Positions 1 to 13,682 of a stretch of DNA of 64,000 bases are shown one piece after another. The notes below the pieces were generated by a model. The model searched no databases. It was not told where the DNA came from and was given only the letters and a program-made list of their open reading frames with translations. The translations under genes and the position numbers were made by a program. The stretch comes from Chrysomallon squamiferum (taxonomy: Eukaryota > Animalia > Mollusca), in the NCBI GenBank assembly GCA_012295275.1, contig CM022671.1, positions 20,956,001 to 21,020,000 on the forward strand, in the 5' to 3' direction. The stretch's first letter is position 1, and each line of letters starts with the position of its first letter.

Positions 1-615
1 ATGTCCTTACAAACATATCTATAAAAATAAATATAATTATATATAACTTTTATGGCATTAGCTTTTATTATATTTTGTAGGAAAATGTGCCTGACTTAAT
101 CATATTTTTTTTTTTTTTTTACTCATTCCGTTTTTAAGCAAATACCATCCATCTTAAAATCCAATTATTTCACATGCCAGAAGTTTATGAGGTTTCAAAT
201 GATTAACACCTCACGATCAAATCGTAAACATTCCCACACAGTGCGAGAGTCGAAGACTGTACCAACCTGAGACAATGTAACTGACGTCAGAATTCTTCAC
301 ACTGTAACTGTAAAAAAGAACGTATCATTCCGACACATTTAATTTCATCACTTGTTGTAATAAGAAAAAGACGAAGAAGACAAAGAAGAATGTTTGGATT
401 TTTTATTTCTTCTCCTTATGGAGATTTTTTCAAATAAATCTCTTTTTTCTTTTTTATTTTCTTCTGTTCATAATTATATATGAATGTATTTTCATCTCTA
501 TCTGTAAATGTATTCATCGCTCTACCTGCTATCGATCTATCTGTTTTCTATCTAACTTTCCTTCTTTCTTTCTTTTTTCTTTCTATTTCTTTTTCTTTCT
601 GTATATCTATTTATG

Positions 616-716
<101 letters not shown>

Positions 717-1035
717 GTGCCTATCTACTTATCCCATTCAAACACAGTTTTTCTCTTTCTACCTCATTTTGTGACTGTATGAAGAACGGAATTATTATTG
801 TGCTTTACAGAAATAATAGCAAACAAATCCAACTTTGAAATTCTAAGCTACAGTTAATAATTCAAAAGTACGATAAAAGAGAAAAGGTCATGATATGTAT
901 TCTTTTCACTTGGCTCGAAAATTAATTCTAATCCTGGTCTCCAAAGACCTGAATGTTTAACAGTTCCTCGTCGTAGTTTTATAATTATAGTTTTTATTGA
1001 TTGTCACGCGTTTCTTCTATAATCAGGGAATAAAG

Positions 1036-1145
1036 TAAGAAATCCCCTGCAGTGGTTTTTTTGTATTTAATAGCAATAAGGCGCTTTTTACATGCACCTT
1101 TCCATAGATAGGAAAACAGACAAACTAGTCGTAGAGACTGTTCTC
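1036..1145. mobile_element. Degenerate fragment of a gastropod-type SINE core
   Basis: aatagcaataaggcgctttttacatgcacctttccatagatagga resembles a high-copy gastropod repeat as I recall it (attagcagcaagggatcttttatatgcaccatcccacagacagga). Recall only; not searched. Confidence 0.35.
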
Positions 1146-1226
1146 AACAGACCTATTTAAAATAGTTCCGTCATTTTCTTACCTTAGTCTCTGGTCTAAT
1201 GTCCAGTGGGTCTGTTATTTAATTCT

Positions 1227-1281
<55 letters not shown>

Positions 1282-2473
1282 AATTATTAAAATTAAAAAA
1301 CTATTCAGACAATTACTATCTATTGTTTACGGTTGAACGCGTCAGTTAGTGTGTATAAGAGAGTATGTATGTGTATGCATAATTATGTGTGTTTGCGTAT
1401 ACGTTTGATTAGTTACATGTTTATGTTATGTTTATGTTATGCACCATCTCTGCTCGATGACAGCCCAGCGCGATCCATCAACAGTAAAATACGAATACGT
1501 ATACATGTATATTTGTGTATGTACGAACTAATTTTACAATGAAAAAAATCAAAATTACACTACATAAAAAAAAAATATATATATATATATATATAAATAA
1601 ATATTTATTATTGTTTTTACCTTCTTCTTTTTTAAATACATAAATTACATTACTTTTTCTTTCGCAGGCTCTAAACAAAAATTCTGAATTAATCATTAAA
1701 CTAATATTCTTTTTACCCTTTTTGTCGAAAACAAAGTTATTTAATTAATGATGCAGAAAAGCCTGGCGTTTAATAATTACTGAAAACAAAAGATGTTGTT
1801 TATTATAAACCTGCATGGTGTTCTTTGTTTTAAAATAAAATTAAAACAAAAATTAAACCGACAAATGTTTTAAAAAGAAAGATACGTTACTTTTAATAAT
1901 ACCTTATCGACTTTAATTTCTCTTTAATGCTACGCATTATTATTATTATACACAACAACATCAACATATAAATAAATACATAAATAATGAAAAAAAAAAA
2001 AAAAAAATTGTTTAAAAAAAAGTAAAAAAGAAGGCGGCGCAAACAATAAAAAGAAAAAGAAAAAGAAATAGAAAACTAAAGAGAACAGGTGAAAAAAAAA
2101 GAAACAAATCAAAAATGAAAAATGACGGAGTAAAAAAATTTAAAAAATGACATTACAACTAAGCCATAGTATGTGTGGGCGGCCAGGTGTGTCTGTTTGC
2201 ACCAGCCTACGATTCTGAGGAGGCAAAAGAGAAGCTTGTGGTCAAGATTACTCATAATACTGAAAGAAAATCAGAACGGGTTCCTTTACTAATTAATACT
2301 AATACTTTAAAGAAGATTCATATTTATACCCGTACACAGATCACATGTATTTAGATTATTATTACTACCATGATTACAAAAATAATGAGTAATTCAAAAC
2401 TGACTGGGTCTAAATATCCCTGGGCCTGTTACCACCGAGAGAGAAGGAAATATAATCACGTTGGAGAAGGAAA

Positions 2474-2718
2474 TATAATGTTGATGTTGTCGTAACTATT
2501 TCAGAGTTGTTGAGTGTAGGTTCGTTTTACTTTTTGTGTTGTTTATATCTGTTTGTCCTGATGTATATGCGTGTGTGTTTGTTTTCCAACCTAACTATAA
2601 TGTTGATGTTGTCGTAATTATATCAGGGTTGCTGAGTGAAGGTTCGTTTTAATTTTTGTGTTCTTGTTTATATCTGTTTGTCCTGATGTATATATGTGTG
2701 TTTGTTTTCCAACCTAAC
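2474..2718. repeat. Tandem duplication, 2 x ~122 bp
   Basis: tataatgttgatgttgtcgtaa...gttttccaacctaac at 2474-2595 and 2596-2718 with few differences. A 16-nt direct repeat gagaaggaaatataat (2441, 2464) overlaps the left edge. Confidence 0.95.
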
Positions 2719-3579
2719 TCTTGCCCACCATCTAGTCTTACTGTTGTACTAGCATATTTGCGTATGTGTGCGTATGAATTTGAGCGAGTGTATCTTGTTT
2801 TATTAACAACGCCTCCAAGGAATTAAAAAAAAATTAATAATAAAATAAACTTGTATTTGTATTACCGTCAAATGTAATTATCTTTCGTTTTATTATTATT
2901 ATTATTATTTTTTTTTTTTTTTTTTTTTTTTATTATTATTATTATTTTGTTGTTAATATTATGTTGCTTAATAGGGCTGTCCTATTTTAGGAAAAAAGTA
3001 TTTATCTAGTAATTTTTTGATTGATCTTTTTTATTTTTTATCTTTTTGTTACATATTTATTTATTTGTTTATTTGTTTATTATTTTTTTTTTTTTTTTTA
3101 TTATTATTATTATTTTTTTCATAATTGTTTTATTTTTATTTATTTATTTTTTTTTTATTTGGTTTTGGTTTGGGGGGGTTTGGCAAGGTTTGTCTGCTTT
3201 CTAGATTACATTCCCTAAGACACGCATTCATACACGCGCGCACACACACACACACACACATATCATTTAATTATTTTCCTTTTCTTTCTAATTTACAGAA
3301 TTTCTTAGACAAATGCTTCTTTTTTTTTTCTTTTTTCTTTTGTTTTTTTCTAATTAAAAAAGTTAATAATAATAAAATTTCTGATAAACTCACAAATAGA
3401 AAAATCATCTACATTTCAAATATCGCATGTACCATTATGGAACATTTATGTAAATGTAATTTATTTAATGGAATGCATTGCTTTCTTGTAAATTATTCAC
3501 GCTCATTTTACGTACCATAAAATCAGCACAGTGCGAGAAACAGTTAATAAATAAATTGGTCCTGGACGTAACAAAAATG

Positions 3580-3850
3580 TGCGCGCGACTGCAGAATTTC
3601 AAACGCACATACGACTGTTTAACTAACCTACGATAAAATGAGATTTAGAAAATGTCATTGCTGATTTAAAAATCCATCTTACAAGCAAGCGTTTGATGCA
3701 GCTGAATACCCATCATTTGTTATTCGCGTGTCAGACGTACTTTAACTCCAACTTCTAAAAGCTCTCTGTTTTCCGCACACGTTTCGCGAAAAGCATGAAA
3801 AGCTCTGTAAGAAACGTAACGTTTTGCGAAAACCGGGCGGGCTTCAACGC
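3580..3850. promoter_or_regulatory. CpG-enriched promoter/enhancer-like patch
   Basis: High local CpG density against the very AT-rich background, palindromic TTTCGCGAAA (3782-3791), TTTTGCGAAA, and GC box GGGCGGGC (3835-3842). Confidence 0.35.
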
Positions 3851-4122
3851 ATGATACTTAAGTCCAACACTAAGCATTGTCTGAAACCTCCATGAAAATA
3901 ATTTATACCTACAACCGTTCTCTAAAAACAACTCTGTGATTTCTAATCAGGAAGTATTTAGTTTTAGATTTACCGTACAGTTGGAAATCCATTTTTTTTT
4001 TTTTTTTTTTTTGTTAGACTTGAACAATGTCGCTAATGAGTGTGTTAAAGTTAATGTATATTGCTGTGCAAAGTGCTTGTTCTCAGTCTTCGATGGTTTA
4101 GAAATCAACGGTATTCATTAAT

Positions 4123-4289
4123 ATAGTAGTAGTAGTAGTAGTATTGGTGGTCGTTGGTGGTGGTAGTAGTAGTAGTAGTAGTAGCAGCTTTCGCTTGATG
4201 ATGGCGGTGGTTGTAGTAGTTATGGTAGATGCAATATCGGAGGTAATAAATATTGTAGTCATTGTAAGAGCAACTGCATTAGCAGAAGC

Positions 4290-4322
<33 letters not shown>

Positions 4323-4370
4323 TGTAGTAGTAGTAGTAGGAGGAGGAGGAGGAGCAGGAGTAGCAGTAGA
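4123..4370. repeat. (AGT/GGT/GGA)n compound trinucleotide microsatellite
   Basis: Direct reading. Confidence 0.9.
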
Positions 4371-5427
4371 AATAGTTAGAGTATATTTCCTTCACACACA
4401 TTATCTTTCTCTATTGCTGTTTCTAAATCCTGACGGCTTTCATTTTAATCGTAAAATAGAAAGAAATATATCGTCTTTATAACACTTTTAGTTACTGGTA
4501 TCGCAAAATATAAACTAACTGTTTTTGTTTATTTCCTACCAAAAATAGTTAATCTCGGTGTAAATGGCAAATTTACCCATTCTGCGGTAGCATTCAGAAC
4601 CAATACAATACTTAATTTATTTTGTTATGTTTACTCTTGATATTTTTGTTAATAAAACGAATTACATTTAATGGCAGGGTCAGTTTCTCCGATCCAACAA
4701 GAACCAGTTTATCATGGATAGCCTTTTAGAATAGTGATAATATTAATTATATAATATTTAGTTATTGGATTATTCATAATCTTTCCATTATTATACAAAA
4801 AAATAATAATAATAATAATAATAAAAAATAAATTATATTTAATCATAGGATTAAAAATCTCCTCACTATGCCTAAATGACTATTTCCCAATCCAAACAGG
4901 TCGCCGCGGCTAGATTTATAATATTTGTTATTATGTGTTATTCCTATATAGTATATTTACCAGTAAAGAGAGTTTTTCGTTTTAGACTATTTTCTTTTTT
5001 CTTTTTATAATATTGTCTATTAAAAACAATTACTTTCTTTTTGCTTATTTATTTTGCATGAATGTTTTGAGCGACAATCTACCTATATATATACTTTTAT
5101 TATTATTACTCATCTGTTTTTATTTTTATTGTCATATTTTGTCCTTTCCTTATTTCCAGTACTCAGTATTGTTTACTGCGGAAATGAAACATTATTATAC
5201 ATAAGAAATATTACTCGAACTTATTAAAAACATGCAGGGTATAATTATCTCTACTGAAAATCCCATTACCTATATTTGCAGCGACGAATAATATGACATT
5301 ACTATCTAATCACCTTGATATGTATATATATATATATAGCTATAATATAGCTAAATAAAGCATATACACACACACACAACCACACACACACACATGTACA
5401 TACATACATGTACCTATATTCATACAG

Positions 5428-5488
<61 letters not shown>
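5428..5488. repeat. (GATA)n microsatellite
   Basis: Direct reading. Confidence 0.97.
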
Positions 5489-6349
5489 TTAAGTTATTTA
5501 ATTATAACAACAATATTATAGCTGTTTCTTGCTAAGTCCAAAATGAATCTTAATTAAAGAGAATCACTCTTTATTTCAAGGAAAACCCATAAATTCAGAA
5601 AATCTGGCCGTCACCGTTGTTTCATTGCAGCGAAGGGGAAAAAAATGATCTTCCCCTTCTGTGTTCTTGTATTAATTTACCGTGATTTATTTGATTATTT
5701 CTCTATTGAATCCATATCTCTTTTTATTTGTATGTAATTTGATTCTGATATTTCACGAGAAGCGGTCTCCGAGGCGGTGTAATGTAATAAAATGACGCCT
5801 GAATGGTAGTTATGGCAGGAGTGGCGTTTTTAGTGGAAACAAAATAAATATAAACCATATTTCATGCTTGTGTTGTTTCTGCCACCACTGGGAAATACTT
5901 CAAACACTTTTTCTAAATGTACGTCGTTCACTGCACTGTCTCCACTGATGATCTTTTTCCTTTTCGACTAGAATCTATCTTTTCTTTTATCTTTTTAAAA
6001 AAAAATTGTATTACATATGCACCCTCTTCTCTTCCTTTTTTTGTCTCTCTATCTCTCGTGCTCTGGCTATGTGTATGTTATATATACCTGTGTATAGTAG
6101 CCTCTCTTTCTCTATCTTTAATCTTACTCATTCATTAGCTCTGCATATATCTCTCTCTCTCTCTCTCTCTCTCTCTTGAGTTTGGTATAAAATGTTAACC
6201 TTGATTTTCTGTCAGTTTGCTAAAGCAAAGAAGACTTGCTCTTCGACGTCTCACTAATTGCTGTACTTCAGACTTATTAGGAAAAATTGTCGTGATGACT
6301 TTAAAAACAAAAACCCTGGTATATGCTTTGCCAGTTAAGAAAACCCCAG

Positions 6350-6560
6350 CGGTCCAATCAGAAGCATTCTTACAACTCACAAAGAGATCGGTAATTCCCT
6401 GACGGACGCATGTTCAGAATTAATAACCAATCGGGGAAAGCACGCATCTCTATGTTCACAGCTTTTAATGTGAAGTTCGATTTTCAAATAACGTACAGTA
6501 TAACACTTTGCTTCCTTTAAACCTGATTCAGAGTTCAGTTTTAGGGATTTTTCTTAGTTG
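6350..6560 (+). promoter_or_regulatory. Candidate Pol II promoter with two CCAAT boxes
   Basis: gtCCAATca (6354-6358) and aaCCAATcg (6427-6431) in NF-Y-like context, in a locally CpG-richer patch; GGGATTTTTC at 6544. Confidence 0.35.
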
Positions 6561-6985
6561 TCAGAAACAGAAGTTAGGGCTCTCGTTGAAGCTGCCTTCG
6601 TTCATGAATAGTTAGGCCAAATAGTGACCCCGACCGAACTCGTATCATTTTTTTTTTCAAAAGAAAACAACTCAATAAAGTGTTAAAACTCTCAAAACAA
6701 CTTTTTAGTTTGCCGTTCTCTTTTGTTTTTTTGTTTTTTTGTTTTTTTTTTTTTTGGTTTTTTATCTGCATGTAAAATTGGTTTTGAGAAAGTCCCGACA
6801 CTGTCACTTCGAAATGACTTTCTGTGATGAACTGTGACAAACTCCCTTTTTTGGACACAATGGAACAAAATGTCAGTCACTGATTACGTATTTTTAGCAC
6901 TTGTCGCATTCAATAGAAGTAGCTGAGTTTTCATCTAAACAAAGATTTTATAAGCAATTTGATTGTTTTCTTGTGTAATTTTTAG

Positions 6986-7324
6986 CTCGAAAGTGTCTAT
7001 TGTCTTATGCATTTTCCTAATCATGTCTTCTAGCCATGAATATCAAGGTTAGTTTTTTATTCCTGCACACCACTCCGCCATTCTACATACAAAACAAAAA
7101 ATAAAAATCAAAATCTCGCTCTCATACCTGGAAAAACTGAAATGGGTAGACGTTGAACAAAAAGTATTTTATATAATATAATAAATCAGCATCGAAAAGG
7201 TTTGCGATTTTGTTCCTTTAATAACCACCAGACGTTGGTCAGAGGTAATAGTTTGTTCTCATAAACAGACAACAGTATTTCAATGAAACTGTGATTTTAG
7301 TAATTATAAAGCAGTTACCGTATT

Positions 7325-7416
<92 letters not shown>

Positions 7417-8231
7417 CTTATCAGTTTATCTCTTCTTTCTCTCTCCCTGTCTTTCTGTTCTGTCTTTTTTTCACTCTTTCTCTCATACTTATATATATGT
7501 ACTTATATACATGCACACATACACAACGTACGTTCAAAATACATAAATACGTACATACACACATGCACAAATATCTATTCATAAATATACACACATCACA
7601 TACATACACACATACATACATACATATACACACATACATACATACATACATTCATTTCAGAATAATTCTGATTTGATATCATTCCTTCAAATAATTACCC
7701 GATCCTTTGGAAAATACAGTAATAAAGTTAATCATAACGAGATATCTTTGCAAGAAAGATAATCATACATCATGAAGAAACACGAAGTCTATCGAAATAA
7801 CAAAGAAGACCGGAATAGCTGGGAATGTATGTAATTATTTGAGTACGTTATTACGTCTCTCCCCACAGAGCTTAATTAATGAGGTGGAATCCCTTTTAGG
7901 TACGTCCGCACGTAGGTTCGACAAAGGTCGAATAATTACTACAGGGAATACAGTTCGCTGGTATTGCAGACAGAAAATTAATAAATAAATTAATTAATTA
8001 ATTATGCTACCTCTACAGAATAAATTTAGGTTATTTATTGTTGTTGTTGTTGTTGTTATTGATGTTGTGTTGGTTATTGTTTTGCTTTACTTTTTTTGTT
8101 TTCTTTTAATTAATATTACTTCGTAAGTATTATTGTTTTTGATGTTTTTATTAAAAATAGTCGTAAGAGTTTATTTTGTTCGATGTATTTATTTACCTTT
8201 AGGTTTTTTCTTTAAATTATTACTCTTGTTG

Positions 8232-8274
<43 letters not shown>

Positions 8275-10357
8275 TATATTTCAGGGTTTTCTAAGTGTTT
8301 TTTTACTACTACTACTATTATTATTTTTATTATTATTAAAACAAAATTTTATTATTTTTTATTAGAGGACTTAAGCGGAGACTCTGTGTTTGACGGTTTA
8401 TCAAGGTAAATGAAACGCGCGCATACCTGGTGCCATGTTAAACGTAGTTTTGACTGTAATAGCACTGTTTAGTGTGCTCTGTCTGTACCCAGTCGGCCGT
8501 TAGACATAATGGTGTCCGGTTTTAATCTTTCCTATACAGTGGATATGTCTATAAAGATGAACTCAATTTTATCCCAACAATAATTTTTTATTTTTTATTT
8601 TTTTTATTTTATTTATTTTTTGTTTTTAATCTTTTATAGTATTTTATAAAATTATACATACATACCGATTTAGCAACGATCAAATAACGTGCCATTTTGT
8701 TATAAAAGAAAACCTTTTTTATTTTATTTATTTATTTTCATATTTATTTTTTATTATTATATTATTATTGTTGTTGTTGTTATTATATGCCTGTGAATAA
8801 TACAAATGTATGTGTAGGTTTGTAGACGCACACACACACACACACACACATTCACAGATAAACAACAAGTGGTCACGACTGTCGGACTGAAGGTATTAAA
8901 AAAGCAAAGACCACCAGTTTTAACACATTAGCCACGATGGCATTTCAGTCTGAATGACAAGTCTAGCGTTGGCTTCTGTGGGGATTTTGAAATATGACAG
9001 TTAATACACTGTCTGAGATTTAGCATGTGTCACAAGTGTCACTCTCCAAATCCATTTAGTTTGAATTCGGATACTCCCAGTAATATCGGCTCTGGGTTCA
9101 CAGAAACTATCACGTTACGCCAGTCAATACAGTCTAATGGTCTTTGAATATGTCCAAGGCTTCTTAATGCTGTGGTCTGCTGTAGCAGCCAAACAGTGCT
9201 GAGGTGGACACAGATTAATAGACGTAGATGAAATATTATTATTTTCAAAGCATGTTTCCATTCCTTAATCACATCATGTCATTTTAAACACAGCATTATT
9301 TTGTGCTTTTTGAAGATTTTGAAATCGCAATATAATAAACGTTGATACTTGTACTGTTTGAAGTATTTATGGAATCATGTTTCATTGATTTTCTAATTTA
9401 TTAAGACTAAAAGAAAAAAGTTAAAAAAAAAAAAAAAATACTACACAGGAAACGTTTTCGACCTGTCTGTGCAGATAAATAAATAAATAAATAAAAAGAA
9501 GAAGAAGAAAAAGAAGAATATTTGTAGTGGTAGAAAAAGTAGGAAAAGAAGTAGTAGTCGCAGTACTAATAATAATAACAGTAATAATTACTCGGAAGTA
9601 AACAAAATGTTTTTAGGCTTAATTTTTTATTTTTTTTGTATATATCTAAAGCGCTAAGTGCTTTCGACGGTTTTGCCGTCAAAAAGGGCAAATGTATAAA
9701 ATAACAATAAGAAACATCACCTGAACTAAATATAAATAAAAGTACAATGCATGTTAGCTGCTGAATGCAACAAATGATTTGTTAATGATGGTCATCAATA
9801 TATGTTTATGTGATAATGTTTTCGCTTGGAATCTCATAAAAAAATAAAAGCTATATATAAGTGAAGTATACAGAATATTATTTTGGGAAAAAAATAAAAC
9901 GATGGCCGTTTCGGATGATCAAGTCGCATTAACGTCCATTTATTTTTGCCATTTAATAAACCATTAATTTTAATTATTTTGCAGTTTAAGTGATGCTATT
10001 ATCATTATAGTAATTTAATGACAATCTGAAACACAGCTAGTGGAAAGTGAAGACGACTGATGAAGGTATATTTCTGATTTTATTATTAATATATATATTT
10101 TTTAATAAATAAATATGTACATATGTTTCTGTATTTCTTATCTTTATTGTTTTCTTGTTTTTGTGCTTTCTGTTTTTAATGTTGATTTGTTTACGGGGAA
10201 AAATAAGGGATAAAGTGTTGTTTTATTTTGTATTTTGTTTTTCGTATTTTATATAAATAATAATTAGAAAGAAACGAAAAATAAAGAACTAAAAATAATA
10301 TGAAAACTCGTAATAATACTTGATGATAATAAAAATGACAATGATGATGACGTATAA

Positions 10358-10392
<35 letters not shown>

Positions 10393-10819
10393 GCTGTTAC
10401 TGGGAAAAAAAAAAAATTGGTTTCCTCTTTCAATATACAAAGATGTCAGTATCTTCAAAACCATTTTTACTATTATTTTAGAAATGCTGGATCAAGATTT
10501 TAATTTTTCATTCATTTTTGCAATTGAAGACAATAATTTACACTGCACTACGTTTATACCCAGTCCTGTCGCGCCCCAAGTGATTTTAGCTAAAATGTGG
10601 ACCGACTGGTTTGCTCTATTAAGCGGATGTCTGCTAGACTCGATCTTAGTGGATATTCCTGGACTAAATGGCCAAAACCTCAAATAACCTTCACGGAAGA
10701 AATTAAGGATTTCTTACAGTTGTGTGCTGCCGTAAAAAGAAACAGTGCCTGAACCAAACTATAACTGGTTACAACAATATTGTCATTATAATAATTTCAC
10801 TATTTATTTTTATAATAAA
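6986..10819 (+). other. Candidate spliced transcript (lncRNA or small-ORF gene)
   Basis: AG..GT-bounded segments with AG|GT donors: 6986-7047, 8366-8405, (8858-8892), 9985-10065, and a terminal exon from 10482 with AATAAA at 10814. No recognised protein family. Confidence 0.3.
7326..7413. repeat. (CT)n microsatellite
   Basis: Direct reading. Confidence 0.97.
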
Positions 10820-11397
10820 ATGTATGTTGCCGATACTGGATAATTCCAGTCTAAGGGCAAGTAATAACAATTACTCCTGGAAGGATTTTTACTGTTGTTA
10901 ACTGTGAGTACTAATGGGGTTTATACGAGGCAGGACCAATAAAGAGAGTTACGATCAGATAATTAAAAACTTGTAGTGTTATTTGTGTTTGATTACAGTA
11001 ATAATTACAATATAAATTTCATTCATTTTCCCAATACACAATTAATGAGAGTGCTAGTTTGTGTTAAACCTGTGTGATATGACAATAAACCTACGCGTTT
11101 AACAGTAGCAATTATGTTTGTATGCAAACTGGTGCACTTTTATACATATTGCAGTGTCTGTGAATTTTACTGTTATTACTAGTGAATTCCTTGTCCTTCC
11201 AATCACAAAACTAAACACTTGCAATAGCCGGAATTAAAAACAACGTTCTGTGATTGTAACAATTCTGGCTCTATTAATTTTGCTATGGATATTTTATTTT
11301 TTAAAACAGTCAAAATAAAATAAATAAATAAATAAATAAATAAAAAGAAATCGTCAGTGTTTTAAATACAATAAAGAAAATGAGTGAGGGGTGAGGG

Positions 11398-11525
<128 letters not shown>

Positions 11526-13647
11526 CATCAGAAGCAAATTATTTTTTCTTTCTTTGGTAACATAGGAAACTAAATCAAAATAATTATAATAGTAATTTTA
11601 AGGCATTTTTATATAAATAAACAAAAACCAATAATAGAAAAAATACAATACAATTTCCTAAGATTCACTTTTTAATCAGATTAACAAACAAAACAAAAGA
11701 CAATGTACAATATACCATACAGTGCCAAAAAAGAAAAATCTTGAATAGATGCTGAACTGTTAATTGTAAGGAATACAATGGTGAATTCCACTAGCAAATT
11801 ATTGATTACTACATTAAGGGATATTTCCTGATGACTGTATGTACACAAAATAAAACAATGATATGTTAACCAGACAAGAATTAGTAGCAGTCAATGCTTT
11901 CAAATAATCTATAATTATAATTTGTACAACCTTTCATAAAAAGATTTCTTATTTTTCTTTTTAACATCAACATCTTTTACACATATTTCAGGTGTAGTAA
12001 GAATTCATATATGACAAGAGACATATACAAAATGGATTTAGTATATATTCTGTAGGTTAGTACAATGAGTGAAAAAACAAATTCCATGTAATAAAATTTA
12101 AAAAAAAGAAGTAAAAATAGAAAACAAAATTAAAAGTAAATTTAAAATTAATATTTGGCACCACAAAATGTTAAACAATTTCACCAGGCTGAACAGTCAA
12201 ATGTGTTTATGAGCACACAAACATATTTATACTGTAAGTAGTACAGATTAGTCTTTAAAAACACACACACAAAAACAACATAAAAACACCCAAATGAAAA
12301 ATCCCAGTATAAACGTAATTACTTAATACTAATAATAATTAATATTAAACTGTGTTGTTAAATACTAATAAATTCATTATATAATATAGTAATCATAACA
12401 CTATGGTTTTTGAATTGATTCTGACCACAAATGATGCCAATCAAGTTTGACAAAATATTATATGGTAGATTATAAACATAATATATGACCCATCACATTT
12501 TGGCTAATTGAAACTTTTCATATTCCTGACTTCATAAGCTTTATTTTGATATCTGGATCACCTTTAGTTTCAAAGATTTGACCAGATATATTAAACACAT
12601 GGTCAAGAGGGTTTTCTTGGATTCAGGAAATAACAGTGATCCTAAAAGTGATCTAAAACATATCTTAGGATTATATCTATCAGCTTCATCACTGGATCAA
12701 AGAGTTAAGGTATGTATATATAAAATATTGAAATTGAGCCGTTTCAGTGTGATAGATCACATGTTATGTGTTAATCTGAAGAGAAAACATTAAAATTTAC
12801 AACTGATATTAATTAAAAAAAAAAAAAAAAAATCAGGGTATGGTTATCTGTGGTCTATGTGTGATTATTTTGACATCAAAATCATGACAGAAAATCTATA
12901 TTGGTCCACAAAATAATCATGGTTCTCAGGTAAATCGTTGTCATTTCACATATGAAAATATTTCATGATCCTTCATTGTTTTGTTTTTTTCAGTTCAGTA
13001 TATATTTACACACGTAAATAAAATGTATTGCTGCATCAATTGCACATCTGGATTATAGAATAATTTTGGGAATGAAATCTGTGCAAGGTATGATGATTAC
13101 ATGATTGCATGATATTCAGAATAGAGTGGAGATCAAAGAAGTTTCAATATGGACTGTACATTTATAGACAGAACTAAAATTAAAAAAAGAAATAATAATA
13201 ATAATAATATTGCATTTTTGAAAAATCAATATATGGTCACTAATTAGCATATAATATTATACTTTCCGACATATACTGTGATAAAGATTTATCAAATTTT
13301 CTATTACACTGAACACAACTTTAACAATCCATTAACAATCACAACAATTTTTGTAACATGATAAAATATATAACAGGTTAAAAAAAATTAATAATAAAAA
13401 ATAAAAGAAAGATAAAAAAGTTAACTATACAAATATAAATTTAGTTTTTCATATCAAAAAGGAGATTCTGCTGACAACTGTTAATACTGCATATATGTAT
13501 TCAGCCTAAAATGACAAACAACTAAAACAACTGAATGAACATTGCAACAAAAAATATGTTAATGATTATAATTTCACTGATAATGTGAGGTAAATTACCT
13601 CTGTACAAAATTGTACAAATAAATAAATATATAAATAAATAAATATA

Positions 13648-13682
<35 letters not shown>

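Noticed and set aside
1183-1211. 29-nt minus-strand micro-exon with strong donor AAG|GTAAGA
   Set aside because: The acceptor lacks a pyrimidine tract and no partner exons were found in the window.
2163-2354. Stop-free stretch AIVCVGGQVCLFAPAYDSEEAKEKLVVK...
   Set aside because: No ATG, no convincing splice sites and no recognised homology.
6824-6884. Possible C/D box snoRNA (GTGATGA ... CTGA)
   Set aside because: Only ~60 nt, no terminal stem, and no recognisable rRNA/snRNA guide. An Rfam or snoscan search would be needed.
8420-9300. Complex non-repetitive sequence considered as a miRNA cluster or as coding (ORF 9039-9272)
   Set aside because: No match to conserved bilaterian or mollusc mature miRNAs that I recall, no clear 60-70-nt hairpin, and no recognisable protein.
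9985-10065. Frame in which all three stops are TGA (selenoprotein idea)
   Set aside because: No selenoprotein-like motif and no convincing SECIS downstream; explicable by chance.
12400-12965. Possible DNA-transposon fragments in the 3' region of the POMGNT1-like gene (also 15840-16170 and 17010-17200)
   Set aside because: They look repeat-like, but no paired TIRs or TSDs could be identified by eye.
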